Positions 28,114-37,946 of a stretch of DNA of 64,000 nucleotides are shown in pieces; position 1 is the first letter of the stretch; the number at the start of each line of letters is the position of its first letter. The notes under the pieces were generated by a model. The model made no database searches and was not told the DNA's origin. It worked only from the letters and a program-made list of their open reading frames with translations. The position numbers and the translations under genes were made by a program. The stretch is from assembly GCA_964461835.1 (NCBI GenBank), contig CAYWVO010000014.1:6977-70976 (forward strand). Direction: 5' to 3'. Source of the stretch: an uncultured Ignavibacteria bacterium (GTDB taxonomy: Bacteria; Zixibacteria; MSB-5A5; WJJR01; JAJRUJ01).

Positions 28114-30120
28114 TTACTGCAGGGCCAATTCACCGGAAATTCGTTCGACTCGAACGATACGATCCAATGGTCGCAGCCGCTTAACGACATCCATTCCCTC
28201 AACGACTCTGCCGAATGACGACCACCGAAAATCGGAGAACGGTTGGCGAATGAGAGAAATACCAAATTCGCTGCGTGCGTCATGCCCGAGGTTGATGCGC
28301 CAGTAGAGAATTCCTCGTTCGAGTCGACGCATGGTCTGTTCATTGCGCACCGTTTCCAGGCCCGTGCCCCATCCGTCACCGCGCCGGTCACCGATAAAAA
28401 TCGTTCGCCCGTCATCATGCGGGTTAACCGGGGAATCATCGTAGAATCCCGCTTCGACATAGTCCAAAAAATGGCGCACCGAGCGCGGCGCTGCATCATC
28501 AAACAATTCCACGACAAACGTTCCTTTCGCAGTCACGACCCTGACACGCGGTCGCGGGGTGTCGGCATGATAGAGGTCGGCATAAGTCACGGCCGTGATG
28601 TCTGTTTCAAACGTCCCCACTTCATCCCAGCGATTTTCGCGGAATTTTTCCCAGACGGCTGCGGCGTAGTAGCGAACGTGACGGTCAGGATCGTTAATCC
28701 CGGCGTTGAAGATTTGTCGCTGGACCGGCCCCACCTGCACCGAGGGTGACAAATTGGCGGTCAGGGCCAAAATGGCCATGCGCATGTCCGACCGTTCATC
28801 CTGTTGGTGATGCTTGTACAACGTCAGCAATGAATCAAACGTCAATCGCCCGTTGGCAAACGGCAACACGTTGTAGGCCAGGTACCGCACGAAGGGATCG
28901 GGGTCGTTCAACGCGTCCTGAATCGGCCCCTGAATAGCACCACGAAACGCCAAGGCAGAGCGGACGGCTGCTCCCCGAACCGCCGGCACAGAATCTTGCA
29001 GGAGATCTTTGACTACCGCAGTTGCTTCTTCCGTCAGGCCCCATTTGGGTTGAGCGAAAAACTCTAACTGTTTGGGAACCGCGGCACGTACCGGCCAGGC
29101 CGGGTCCTTCGCCAATTGTTTTAGATACGGGAGCGACTCATTCTGCAGCGCCCGCATGAACCCGTCCGCTAAGCGCACACGCACGCCGATATCCGGGTGG
29201 TCCAGCAGTTTTTCAAACTCCGGCGCTGCCGATCGCTGCCAATGGTAGCCAACGGCAAAGACTAATTGGGTGAGGATACCGGGATCTTCCATCGAGCGGA
29301 GATAGGAATACACGTCCTCCAGCCGGGTCGTGTCTCGCAGGGCGCCGATCCCCATGACCGCCCCGTAGCGAACATACCGGTTCGGGTGATCCAGCAGTTG
29401 CACTAACAACGGTTGGTAGTCGAAATCGCCGGCGTTTCCCAGCGCCATGGCGGCTGCGGCGACGACATCCTGTTTGGGATCATCCAGCAATTCCGCAATA
29501 TCGTCGGCCAACAACGGTGATTTGAGTCGGGTCAGGGCCTGACATGCATATTCCCGAACCATCGGCTCAGGATCGTCCAGTAAGGCGGCAACTTTCTCTG
29601 TGGCATTTCGGTTCACCACTCCTGCCTGGTACAGCGTTGCCTGGGCGCGGACACGTGGATCGTCATGCTGCAAAAACGTCACGACGCTGTCACCATACTT
29701 CTTGGCGTAGAGCCGCCGCAGTGTCCATAGCAGATATTGGAGGGTGGTCGAATTGGTCTCTGTGAGCGTGTGACGGTAAACCGAGTCGGTTGCTGATTTC
29801 TTGCGCAGCGTTCCCAGCGCGAACGCCGCCCGTGCCCGTACGATGGTATCCGGATCAGCGAGTGTATTCACCAAGGCGCTGACTGCAAGCGTATCACCAA
29901 TTCGCGCCGCGGCGAGCGCAGCGCGCCGGCGGACCGTGGGGTTGTCGTCGGTTAAAAAGGTCAACAACTCGCCGTCGTGGAGCGTGGCCTGGTCCTCCCA
30001 GATTGCAATCTGGATCAATTTGCTCTCATCTACTCCTCCGCCGGAACAGCCACCTATCAGCAATATGCCGAAAATCCCTGACAGGAGAATCACTCGCCGA
30101 TATCGCTGGAATTTGGTCAC
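28114..30120 (-). CDS. HEAT/PBS-lyase-repeat lipoprotein with a C-terminal cyclophilin-type peptidyl-prolyl isomerase domain.
   Basis: Lipobox LLIGGCSGGG; multiple DPDxxVRxxA HEAT-like repeats. C-terminal ~170 aa match the cyclophilin fold (VVELFDDAAPRSVRHFLDYVEAGFYD...FGRVVEGMDVV). Confidence 0.7.
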   Translation of the reverse strand: MTKFQRYRRVILLSGIFGILLIGGCSGGGVDESKLIQIAIWEDQATLHDGELLTFLTDDNPTVRRRAALAAARIGDTLAVSALVNTLADPDTIVRARAAFALGTLRKKSATDSVYRHTLTETNSTTLQYLLWTLRRLYAKKYGDSVVTFLQHDDPRVRAQATLYQAGVVNRNATEKVAALLDDPEPMVREYACQALTRLKSPLLADDIAELLDDPKQDVVAAAAMALGNAGDFDYQPLLVQLLDHPNRYVRYGAVMGIGALRDTTRLEDVYSYLRSMEDPGILTQLVFAVGYHWQRSAAPEFEKLLDHPDIGVRVRLADGFMRALQNESLPYLKQLAKDPAWPVRAAVPKQLEFFAQPKWGLTEEATAVVKDLLQDSVPAVRGAAVRSALAFRGAIQGPIQDALNDPDPFVRYLAYNVLPFANGRLTFDSLLTLYKHHQQDERSDMRMAILALTANLSPSVQVGPVQRQIFNAGINDPDRHVRYYAAAVWEKFRENRWDEVGTFETDITAVTYADLYHADTPRPRVRVVTAKGTFVVELFDDAAPRSVRHFLDYVEAGFYDDSPVNPHDDGRTIFIGDRRGDGWGTGLETVRNEQTMRRLERGILYWRINLGHDARSEFGISLIRQPFSDFRWSSFGRVVEGMDVVKRLRPLDRIVRVERISGELALQ

Positions 30121-30222
30121 GTATCTACCTCCCTGTATCTCTGGTCATTGGCACCAATTATACACATTCATAACCCCGATGGGAATATGCCGTTGAAGAA
30201 AAGTCACGCCGCAAACACCGAG

Positions 30223-30873
30223 TCACTGGCGCCGCGATGGGCAGAGCTCGGCGATGGGGCAGGCGCCGCATTTCGGAGTCCGGGCCCGGCAGATTTGCTG
30301 CCCGTGAAAAATGAAACGATGCGAAAAATCAATCCACTCATCTTTAGGTAGCACCTTTATCAGATCTGCCTCAATTTTCACCGGATCGTCCTTGTTGGTC
30401 AGTTTTAGCCGTTTGGCCAGACGACGCACATGGGTGTCGACCACCACCCCCGAGGCAATACCGAAGGCGGCACCCAATACTACATTGGCCGTTTTCCGCC
30501 CGATACCCGGCAAGGCGACCAATTCGTCCATTGTCTGTGGCACCCGGCCACCATGCGTTTCCAGCAATGCCCGGCAGCAACCCTGAATACTCTTCGCCTT
30601 GTTGCGGAAAAAACCGGTCGGACGGATGTCTGCCTCCAATTCCGCCTGATCTACTGCGACATAATCAGCTGCGGATTCGTACTTTTTGAACAGCGTCTCG
30701 GTCACGGCGTTGACTCGTTCATCCGTACACTGTGCCGAGAGGATCGTGGCAACCAGCAACTGGAGCGGCGACCGATGAGCTAACGCGGTTTTGGCTTCCG
30801 GGCAGGTTCGTGCCAGGATTGCATTAATTCGAGCAAGGCGTTTCTTGCGCGCAGCGAGTGATTCTTGGGGCAT
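30223..30873 (-). CDS. nth: Endonuclease III.
   Basis: HhH-GPD motif LPGIGRKTANVVL and C-terminal 4Fe-4S cluster CxxxxxxCxxCxxxxxC. Confidence 0.9.
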   Translation of the reverse strand: MPQESLAARKKRLARINAILARTCPEAKTALAHRSPLQLLVATILSAQCTDERVNAVTETLFKKYESAADYVAVDQAELEADIRPTGFFRNKAKSIQGCCRALLETHGGRVPQTMDELVALPGIGRKTANVVLGAAFGIASGVVVDTHVRRLAKRLKLTNKDDPVKIEADLIKVLPKDEWIDFSHRFIFHGQQICRARTPKCGACPIAELCPSRRQ

Positions 30874-30930
30874 GGATTTACTCCGGCGTCAACCAGATGG
30901 CAGGATTGTCAGACATCGCGCAGAAAGCAA

Positions 30931-32253
30931 TCAATCAAAACTCGTGTGGGTGACTTTGCCGCCGCACAGTGTCAACTTGACTCGCCCCAACAACTTCCAG
31001 CCAATAAACGGCGAATTGCACGAGCGAGAATGGAATTCATCACGTTTGACTTCCCATGATTCCTGCGGGTCAAAAACCGTGATATCCGCCGGCCCGCCTT
31101 CGCGTAACTCGCCGCCGGGAATGTTGACGACACGTGCCGGTGCGCAAGTCATCAATTTGATGATTTGCGGCCAGTCGAAGTTATTCTCTCTGACCAAAAC
31201 TTTACCCGCGAGGCCCAGAGCGGTCTCCAGGCCAATCATGCCCGGGGGAGCGATATTGAACTCGGTATCCTTTTCCTGTACCGCATGCGGTGCGTGATCA
31301 GTGGCAATACAATCAATAATGCCGTCCGCTAACCCGGCAATAATCGCTCGCCGGTCCCGCTCGGTGCGTAACGGTGGGTTGACACGGAGGTTTGTATCAA
31401 ATGATTCGGCGATGGCGGCATCGATCAGCGAGAAATGATGTGGTGTCGCCTCCGCGGTCACCGTTACCCCATCGCGTTTTGCGCGCTTGATCAGTTTCAC
31501 CGATCCGGCACTTGAGATGTGGGCCAGATGCAATCGCGCACCCGTGAACGCCGCCAGTTGGATATCGCGGGAGACTACAATCTCTTCCGCCGCAGCCGGC
31601 CGACCACTCATGCCCAATCGTGTCGAAACTGCTCCCTCATGCATTAACCCGTCCCCACACAACGTCTCGTCCTCGCAGTGCGAAATGACCGGGATATCAA
31701 ACATGCGCACATATTCCATTGCCCGGCGTTGTACTTCTGCCGAGGCCACGGAGCGGCCGTCCTCGGAAATGGCAATCGCACCGACGGAGACCATATCCCC
31801 GATTTCGGTGAGATGCTGCCCTCTTTGCCCCTGAGTAACTGCACCGATCGGACAGACCCGACAGGCCGCGCCCCGCGCCTGATCGATAACAAATTGGACC
31901 GTTTCCTGATCGTCAATTGGGGGATCGGTGTTGGGCATACAGCAGACGGAAGTAAATCCTCCGGCAGCGGCGGCACGGGCGCCGGACTGAATCGTCTCCT
32001 CGTCTTCGCGACCGGGTTCACGCAGATGGACATGCAAATCAACAAATCCGGGTGAGACAATCAAACCACGAACATCCACGACTCCCGGCGCTTCCAAGGC
32101 GTCCCCTTTGAGCAGTTCTTTTTTGTGGATTTCAATGCGCTCGATGTTCCCACCTTTAAGATAGACATCCCCCGGGCAATCCAGGTCACTGGCGGGGTCA
32201 ATAATGCGGCCGCCTGCCAGCACTTTCACTGATCGGGGAATTCGTCGTTTCAT
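30931..32253 (-). CDS. pyrC: Dihydroorotase.
   Basis: VDLHVHLREPG metal motif; amidohydrolase fold. ATG 32253; the ORF is open to 32289. Confidence 0.88.
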   Translation of the reverse strand: MKRRIPRSVKVLAGGRIIDPASDLDCPGDVYLKGGNIERIEIHKKELLKGDALEAPGVVDVRGLIVSPGFVDLHVHLREPGREDEETIQSGARAAAAGGFTSVCCMPNTDPPIDDQETVQFVIDQARGAACRVCPIGAVTQGQRGQHLTEIGDMVSVGAIAISEDGRSVASAEVQRRAMEYVRMFDIPVISHCEDETLCGDGLMHEGAVSTRLGMSGRPAAAEEIVVSRDIQLAAFTGARLHLAHISSAGSVKLIKRAKRDGVTVTAEATPHHFSLIDAAIAESFDTNLRVNPPLRTERDRRAIIAGLADGIIDCIATDHAPHAVQEKDTEFNIAPPGMIGLETALGLAGKVLVRENNFDWPQIIKLMTCAPARVVNIPGGELREGGPADITVFDPQESWEVKRDEFHSRSCNSPFIGWKLLGRVKLTLCGGKVTHTSFD

Positions 32254-32258
32254 AGTTG

Positions 32259-33287
32259 TTATCCTCGCGTTGCCGTCTCGCCACCACACAGCAGGTACAA
32301 CACCGCCATGCGCACCGCCAGACCGTTGGTCACCTGGGAGAGAATAACCGAATTTGCCCCGTCCGCCACATCGGGTGTTATTTCGACACCCCGGTTCATC
32401 GGGCCGGGATGCATAACAATCACGTTTCGCCGTGCTCGCTTCAAGCGTTCGGCATTTAAACCGAACAGTAGCGTGTATTCCCGGAGCGAGGGCAGTAACG
32501 CCCCGGACTGCCGTTCCCGTTGAATGCGCAGCACATTGACTGCATCAACACCCTCTAAGGCCTGGTCCAAGTTGAAATACACCTCAACCCCCAAGAGCTG
32601 CAAATCGACGGGAATCAAGGTGGGCGGTCCGCACACCCGCACATTGGCGCCCAGCGTGACCAAGCCGAAAATATTGGATCGCGCCACCCGGCTGTGGGCG
32701 ATATCGCCGACGATCAAGACGGTACGACCGCGTAAATCGCCCAGTCGCTCCCACAGCGTGAAAATGTCCAGCAACCCTTGCGTGGGGTGTTCATGCGCAC
32801 CGTCTCCCGCATTAATCACGATCGAATTGCAGCTCCGGACAAGGTAGTGTGCAGCGCCCGGCGAGCGGTGACGAATCACGACCACATCAGTTTTCATTGC
32901 TTCGATATTATTGATCGTATCTTTCAGCGACTCACCTTTTTGCACCGACGAGGCAGACGTCGTAAAACTGACCACGTCCGCCGAAAGACGTTTTTCCGCC
33001 AGTTCGAACGAAATCCGGGTCCGCGTCGAGGGTTCGTAGAAGAGATTGACCACGGTCATACCGCGTAACGGCGGTACTTTCTTGACCGGCCGTTCAAGGA
33101 TTTCTTTAAAGGTTACCGCGGTCTCCAGGATCAATTGAATGTCATCGGCGGGGATGCCCTCCAACCCCAAGAGGTGTGGGTTGGTCAACCGAGCGCTTCG
33201 TCGCGTCCGGGAGGGTTCCTGGCGCGCAGAAGACCGCTTCACTCTCCGTCGAGAACGTTTATCTGTTTTCGATGACGCCCTTTCCAT
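32259..33287 (-). CDS. pyrB: Aspartate carbamoyltransferase catalytic subunit.
   Basis: STRTR, HPTQ and HPGP motifs. Unusual ~35-aa highly basic N-terminal extension; the start may instead be TTG 33178. Confidence 0.85.
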   Translation of the reverse strand: MERASSKTDKRSRRRVKRSSARQEPSRTRRSARLTNPHLLGLEGIPADDIQLILETAVTFKEILERPVKKVPPLRGMTVVNLFYEPSTRTRISFELAEKRLSADVVSFTTSASSVQKGESLKDTINNIEAMKTDVVVIRHRSPGAAHYLVRSCNSIVINAGDGAHEHPTQGLLDIFTLWERLGDLRGRTVLIVGDIAHSRVARSNIFGLVTLGANVRVCGPPTLIPVDLQLLGVEVYFNLDQALEGVDAVNVLRIQRERQSGALLPSLREYTLLFGLNAERLKRARRNVIVMHPGPMNRGVEITPDVADGANSVILSQVTNGLAVRMAVLYLLCGGETATRG

Positions 33288-33317
33288 GGCCAGGCCGATT
33301 TCTGCAATCCGGTGGGT

Positions 33318-33917
33318 TTAAAAATCCATATCGATTATGGTGCCGTCTTTTTTCTTTTTGGTTTTCTTCCGCCCGGTGGGCCGGACAATGACTACCAGAT
33401 CGGTGGTATCGATTTCCTGCAATCGGACATCGACCTGTTCGTTGGTTGCCGTGGGGATGTTCTTGCCGACAAAATCCGCACGGATCGGCAATTCCCGGTG
33501 GCCGCGATCAATTAGGACGGCCAGCTGAATCGCCCTGGGGCGGCCCAGGTCCGTCAACGCATCTAACGCCGACCGAATCGTTCGCCCGGTGTACAACACA
33601 TCATCAACCAGCACAACCACTTTACCGGTAATATCAAAAAGGATATCCGTCCGTTGAACAACGGGCTGATCGAACGCTGTCTTAAAATCATCGCGATAAA
33701 AGGAGATATCGAGGTATCCCACTGGCGGCCGCACTTTTTCGACCTGCTCAATTGCGTCCGCGATGCGGTCGGCAATCGGCCCCCCTCGCGTCTTAATGCC
33801 GATGATCACCAGGTTTTTGGCGCCGCGGTTGCGCTCGACGATTTCATGGCCGATGCGAATGATCGTGCGACGAATTGTCGCGGAGTCCATTATTTTTTGA
33901 CGCGCTGCCCCCATCAC
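33318..33917 (-). CDS. pyrR: Bifunctional pyr operon regulator/uracil phosphoribosyltransferase.
   Basis: PRTase motif [13 protein letters not shown]. 199 aa, PyrR-sized. RBS AGGTGG upstream. Confidence 0.85.
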   Translation of the reverse strand: MMGAARQKIMDSATIRRTIIRIGHEIVERNRGAKNLVIIGIKTRGGPIADRIADAIEQVEKVRPPVGYLDISFYRDDFKTAFDQPVVQRTDILFDITGKVVVLVDDVLYTGRTIRSALDALTDLGRPRAIQLAVLIDRGHRELPIRADFVGKNIPTATNEQVDVRLQEIDTTDLVVIVRPTGRKKTKKKKDGTIIDMDF

Positions 33918-34238
33918 CTAACCACCTAATATCTTACCTTTGTTGGCAGTATACGTGTGCGTTCTCTGTAGGTCATGGTCTTGCGGTACCTCAGTTACCT
34001 TTCCCGACCTCACCGGATCGGCTTAAAAGGCCGTGGCCAGTGTAGTAACCAAGTGCCGGTCAGGTCAACACTTTTCCCCTGCCGCGCCGAACCCGCCGCA
34101 TTGTGCTTGACTTTACCCGATGATTTTGCTTCGTGTTCAACCAGTTGTGAGCGGGGGCCGAGGATGATTTCTGCCAAAAATATTTTGCCGCCCCGCGTGT
34201 AAAGAACACAGACAATGACACATAGCTGAGGAGGAGGT

Positions 34239-35042
34239 ATGTCGCGCAAAGCAAAACTCTGGATTTTGGTCCCGCTGCTGCTCTTGATCATCGGTTGTGG
34301 AACCAATATCCCGTCCGGCCACCACGGGGTGAAGTACAAACGCTTTAGTGACGGCACGGAGATGGGTAAAATTTACCCGGAAGGATTTAACTGGCATTTC
34401 CCGTGGAACTCCATGTTCGTGTACAAGACCCAAATTTCCGAGCAAAAAGAGGATATCACGGTGCTGTCGGCGGACGGGGCCACGATTCAATTGGAGTTGT
34501 CGGTCTGGTACCGCCCCATTCCCATGCATCTCGATAGTCTACAAGTGAATATCGGACCGGACTACTATGACCGCATTATCGCACCGGCACTCCGTGGTGA
34601 GGGACGGCGCATCGCCGGCCAGTACAAGCCGGAAGAAATTTACTCGAGCAAACGCGAGCAAATTGCCAAGGGACTGCTGGAGGCGATGCAGTCATTGATG
34701 AGTGACAAGTTCATTAATATCGAAAACGTGATCTTCCGCAATGTCATTCTCCCGCTGAAGATCACCAACGCGATTGATGAAAAACTTTCGGCGCAGCAGG
34801 AAGCGCAGCGGATGGAGTTTATCCTGCAGCGAGAGGAGCAGGAAGCCGAGCGGAAACGCATTGAAGCACAGGGGATTGCCGATTTCCAAGAAATCGTCTC
34901 CTCCGGGCTGAGTCCCATGCTGCTGCAATGGAAAGGAATTGAATCTACCGAGAAGCTCGCCGAATCGCAAAACGCCAAAATCGTCATTATCGGCAACTCC
35001 AAGGATGGCTTGCCGCTTATTCTCGGCGGATACGACAAGTAG
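34239..35042 (+). CDS. SPFH/band-7 (prohibitin-like) lipoprotein.
   Basis: Lipobox IIGCG; SPFH core followed by a coiled-coil EQEAQRMEF...EAERKRIEAQ. Confidence 0.75.
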   Translation: MSRKAKLWILVPLLLLIIGCGTNIPSGHHGVKYKRFSDGTEMGKIYPEGFNWHFPWNSMFVYKTQISEQKEDITVLSADGATIQLELSVWYRPIPMHLDSLQVNIGPDYYDRIIAPALRGEGRRIAGQYKPEEIYSSKREQIAKGLLEAMQSLMSDKFINIENVIFRNVILPLKITNAIDEKLSAQQEAQRMEFILQREEQEAERKRIEAQGIADFQEIVSSGLSPMLLQWKGIESTEKLAESQNAKIVIIGNSKDGLPLILGGYDK

Positions 35043-35055
35043 TGTTCTCTAAAAT

Positions 35056-35088
35056 GGGGCCGTCCGGATTTTGACATCCGGCGGCCCC
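35056..35088 (+). terminator. Stable hairpin downstream of the SPFH gene (13-bp stem, no clear U-tract).
   Basis: GGGGCCGTCCGGAT-TTTGAC-ATCCGGCGGCCCC. Confidence 0.35.
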
Positions 35089-35176
35089 AAAGGTCCAGCG
35101 CATCGGCTTACCAATCGATTTCCCCTAACATCCTGACAACAACAATCCCGCGTCTTTGAGTATCACTGGAGGAAGC

Positions 35177-35205
35177 TTGACAAGTTTGGGGCGCCTAACT
35201 TTATT
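35177..35205 (+). promoter_or_regulatory. Candidate sigma70-like promoter for feoAB.
   Basis: TTGACA, then a 17-nt spacer, then TTTATT, ~70 bp upstream of feoA. Confidence 0.3.
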
Positions 35206-35272
35206 GTGCGTTTCCAAAACCGACGGCCGTTGGTACCTGCCGTCCCTGACCGGGTAGTAAGCGGGGTAATCC

Positions 35273-35587
35273 ATGAGACTTTTCTCATTACGATCGGGCG
35301 CAGACGGTTGGGGTGGACGCGGCAGACGACGCCGACATCGGCAGTGCCGCAGGGGCGGCCCGACCCTTGCAGAAATCGGCAACGGGGGATGTTTCAAAGT
35401 CACTCGCCTGGCCGCGACCGGGGAAATCCGGCAGCGACTCATTGATATGGGGTTCATTCGGGGCGCTACCGGCCGTGTCTTGCGGGCAGCATTGCTCGGT
35501 GATCCGATCGAGCTGCAAATGCCGGGCTACAAGGTGTCACTACGCCGGTCAGAGGCGCGCAATATTTTTGTTGAGGAAATTGCATGA
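35273..35587 (+). CDS. feoA: Ferrous iron transport protein A.
   Basis: FeoA SH3-like core FKVTRLAATGEIRQRLIDMGFIRG...IELQMPG. Arg-rich N-terminal ~35 aa suggest the true start lies downstream, on a non-ATG codon not identified here. Confidence 0.7.
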   Translation: MRLFSLRSGADGWGGRGRRRRHRQCRRGGPTLAEIGNGGCFKVTRLAATGEIRQRLIDMGFIRGATGRVLRAALLGDPIELQMPGYKVSLRRSEARNIFVEEIA

Positions 35588-37872
35588 CCCGGTTCGCCGA
35601 TCCTCAGGCCGACCCGCGGAAATCATCCACTGCGGCGAGCGAAAAAACCGTCATTCGCGTGGCCCTTGCTGGAAACCCTAACTCGGGCAAAACGAGTCTC
35701 TTCAACGCGCTCACCGGCGCACGCCAACACATCGGAAACTATCCGGGGGTCACGGTCGAAAAGAAGCAGGGCGTGGTTGAATACGGGAACTATCGCATTG
35801 AATTTGTCGATCTGCCCGGCACCTATTCATTAACAGCGTATTCCCTGGAAGAAGTCGTCGCACGCGATTATCTGCTCAAACAAACGCCGGACCTGGTAGT
35901 CGATGTCATCGACACCACCAATCTGGAACGAAACCTCTATCTCCTTCTGCAATTTCAGGAACTTCAGGTGCCCGTCATCGGCGCGCTGAATATGATCGAT
36001 GAGGCAGAACGGCGCGGGATTGAGATTGACGATCAGCAGTTGGACAAGATTCTGGGCATTCCCTTTGTCCGCACGGTGGGACGTACCGGCCGGGGCAAGT
36101 TCGATTTGCTGCGCAAGATCGTCCAGGTCGCGGAGGGCGAAATTGATACCAGCGCCCGCCACTTAAATTACGGCGCCGAACTGGAAAAGCAGCATCACGT
36201 AATCAGCGAAGTACTTGAAACTGATCCCGGCTTCACCAGCAAGTATCCAGCGCATTGGGTGGCAATCAAACTGCTGGAAGAGGATGATGACGCGTATCTG
36301 AAGGTCAGGACGGAACATCGGTATTCCGATGACGTCCTGGCGGTTGCCGAGAAATCACGGGAGTGGGTGGCCAACCATTTTGGCGAGGACAGTCCCACGG
36401 TAGTCGGCGAACAACGCTATGCCTATATCCGGGGTGCCGTTCGAGAAACGGTGGTGGTTGATCGGACCCGTAAACGCATCGATTTTACCGAAAAAATCGA
36501 CGCCGTCATCCTAAACCGCTACCTCGGTGTGTTAATTTTCTTTGGCATCATGTATGCAATGTATGTCGGGGTGTTCACCATTGGCAATCCCGCGGGCGAG
36601 GCGCTGGAGTCGGTTTTTGCCTGGCTGGGTGCTCAGGCCCGCTTGATTCTGCCCGAAGGGATGGTTGCCGATCTCATCGTCGACGGCATCATCGGCGGGG
36701 TCGGCGGTGTTTTGACCTTTTTCCCTATCGTCATCCTGCTGTTCTTGGGACTCTCCTTTCTCGAAGACATCGGCTACATGGCCCGAGCGGCCTTTGTGAT
36801 GGATAAGTTCTTCCACCTCTTCGGGATGCATGGCCGGAGTTTTATCCCATTCATGCTATCTACCGGGTGTGCAGTCCCCGGCGTGATGAGTGCGCGCACG
36901 TTAGTAAACCCCCGGGATCGCATCATCACGGTGCTGGTAGCTCCAATGCTTGTATGTGGCGCCAAGACACCGGTGCTGGCCATGTTTGCCGCGGCGTTTT
37001 TCCCGGAACACGCCGGCGAAGTTTTCTGGGGCATCTGGTTCCTCGGCTGGTTGTTGGCCTTTGTTGCTGGATGGGTTTTTCGAAAGACGCTTTTTCGCGG
37101 AGAATCTTCGCCGTTCGTGATGGAGCTACCGCCCTACCGATTTCCGACCGTGCGCGGTATCCTGACCCATATGTGGGACCGGGGCTGGATGTATGTCCGC
37201 AAAGCGGGAACAATTATTCTCTCCATCTCGATCATCATGTGGTTTCTGCTCTATTTCCCCAAGCCCGCAGAGTACTCCAAGGATTATAATGCTCTCCGGC
37301 AAACGGTCGAAACCACATACCAGCAAAACATCAAAACCTCTGAGCCCGTTCAAGACGCGATAGACGACAACGCAGCAATGGAACTACAGATACAAGCCCA
37401 GCTCGAATATGAATCAGCGCGAGACCGGCAACTGGCTACACTCGATACCCAGCAGGCAGCGGAAGAAATTGACGCCAGTGTCGCGGGACGGGTCGGCCAC
37501 GCACTGGAGCCGATTTTCCGACCCGCGGGATTCGATTGGAAACTCAATATCGGCCTGTTCGCGGGATTCGTCGCCAAAGAGGTGCTGGTATCTACCATGG
37601 CCATCGTGTACGGCATCAGTGACGGCTCCAATACCGAGACTGAGAGCCTAAAATCTCAACTCATTGCCGATCCTCACTATTCTCCTGCCACCGCACTGGC
37701 GCTGATGGTTTTTGCACTCATCTATGCTCCGTGCCTGGCAGTTCAAGCAGTAATCCGTAAAGAACTGGGCAGTTGGAAGTGGTCCGCTCTTTCGCTGGGC
37801 TACACCGTGGTCTTAGCCTGGATCCTGGCCGTTATTGTCCACCAGGGAGCCACACTGGCCGGTCTTGGTTGA
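35584..37872 (+). CDS. feoB: Ferrous iron transporter B.
   Basis: G-protein domain GNPNSGKTSLFNALTG plus a polytopic membrane domain; 762 aa; ATGA overlap with feoA. Confidence 0.92.
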   Translation: MTRFADPQADPRKSSTAASEKTVIRVALAGNPNSGKTSLFNALTGARQHIGNYPGVTVEKKQGVVEYGNYRIEFVDLPGTYSLTAYSLEEVVARDYLLKQTPDLVVDVIDTTNLERNLYLLLQFQELQVPVIGALNMIDEAERRGIEIDDQQLDKILGIPFVRTVGRTGRGKFDLLRKIVQVAEGEIDTSARHLNYGAELEKQHHVISEVLETDPGFTSKYPAHWVAIKLLEEDDDAYLKVRTEHRYSDDVLAVAEKSREWVANHFGEDSPTVVGEQRYAYIRGAVRETVVVDRTRKRIDFTEKIDAVILNRYLGVLIFFGIMYAMYVGVFTIGNPAGEALESVFAWLGAQARLILPEGMVADLIVDGIIGGVGGVLTFFPIVILLFLGLSFLEDIGYMARAAFVMDKFFHLFGMHGRSFIPFMLSTGCAVPGVMSARTLVNPRDRIITVLVAPMLVCGAKTPVLAMFAAAFFPEHAGEVFWGIWFLGWLLAFVAGWVFRKTLFRGESSPFVMELPPYRFPTVRGILTHMWDRGWMYVRKAGTIILSISIIMWFLLYFPKPAEYSKDYNALRQTVETTYQQNIKTSEPVQDAIDDNAAMELQIQAQLEYESARDRQLATLDTQQAAEEIDASVAGRVGHALEPIFRPAGFDWKLNIGLFAGFVAKEVLVSTMAIVYGISDGSNTETESLKSQLIADPHYSPATALALMVFALIYAPCLAVQAVIRKELGSWKWSALSLGYTVVLAWILAVIVHQGATLAGLG

Positions 37873-37946
37873 TTCTGTCCTTATCTGACTTTCAGTCTAC
37901 AAAAGGAACTCTCCACCTTGCCGATATTCAAAAGCGAGGGAATGGT

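Noticed and set aside
27593-28306. 237-aa plus-strand ORF.
   Set aside because: Overlaps the adenosine-kinase-like and HEAT-PPIase genes on the opposite strand; Ser/Arg/Thr-rich with no domain features.
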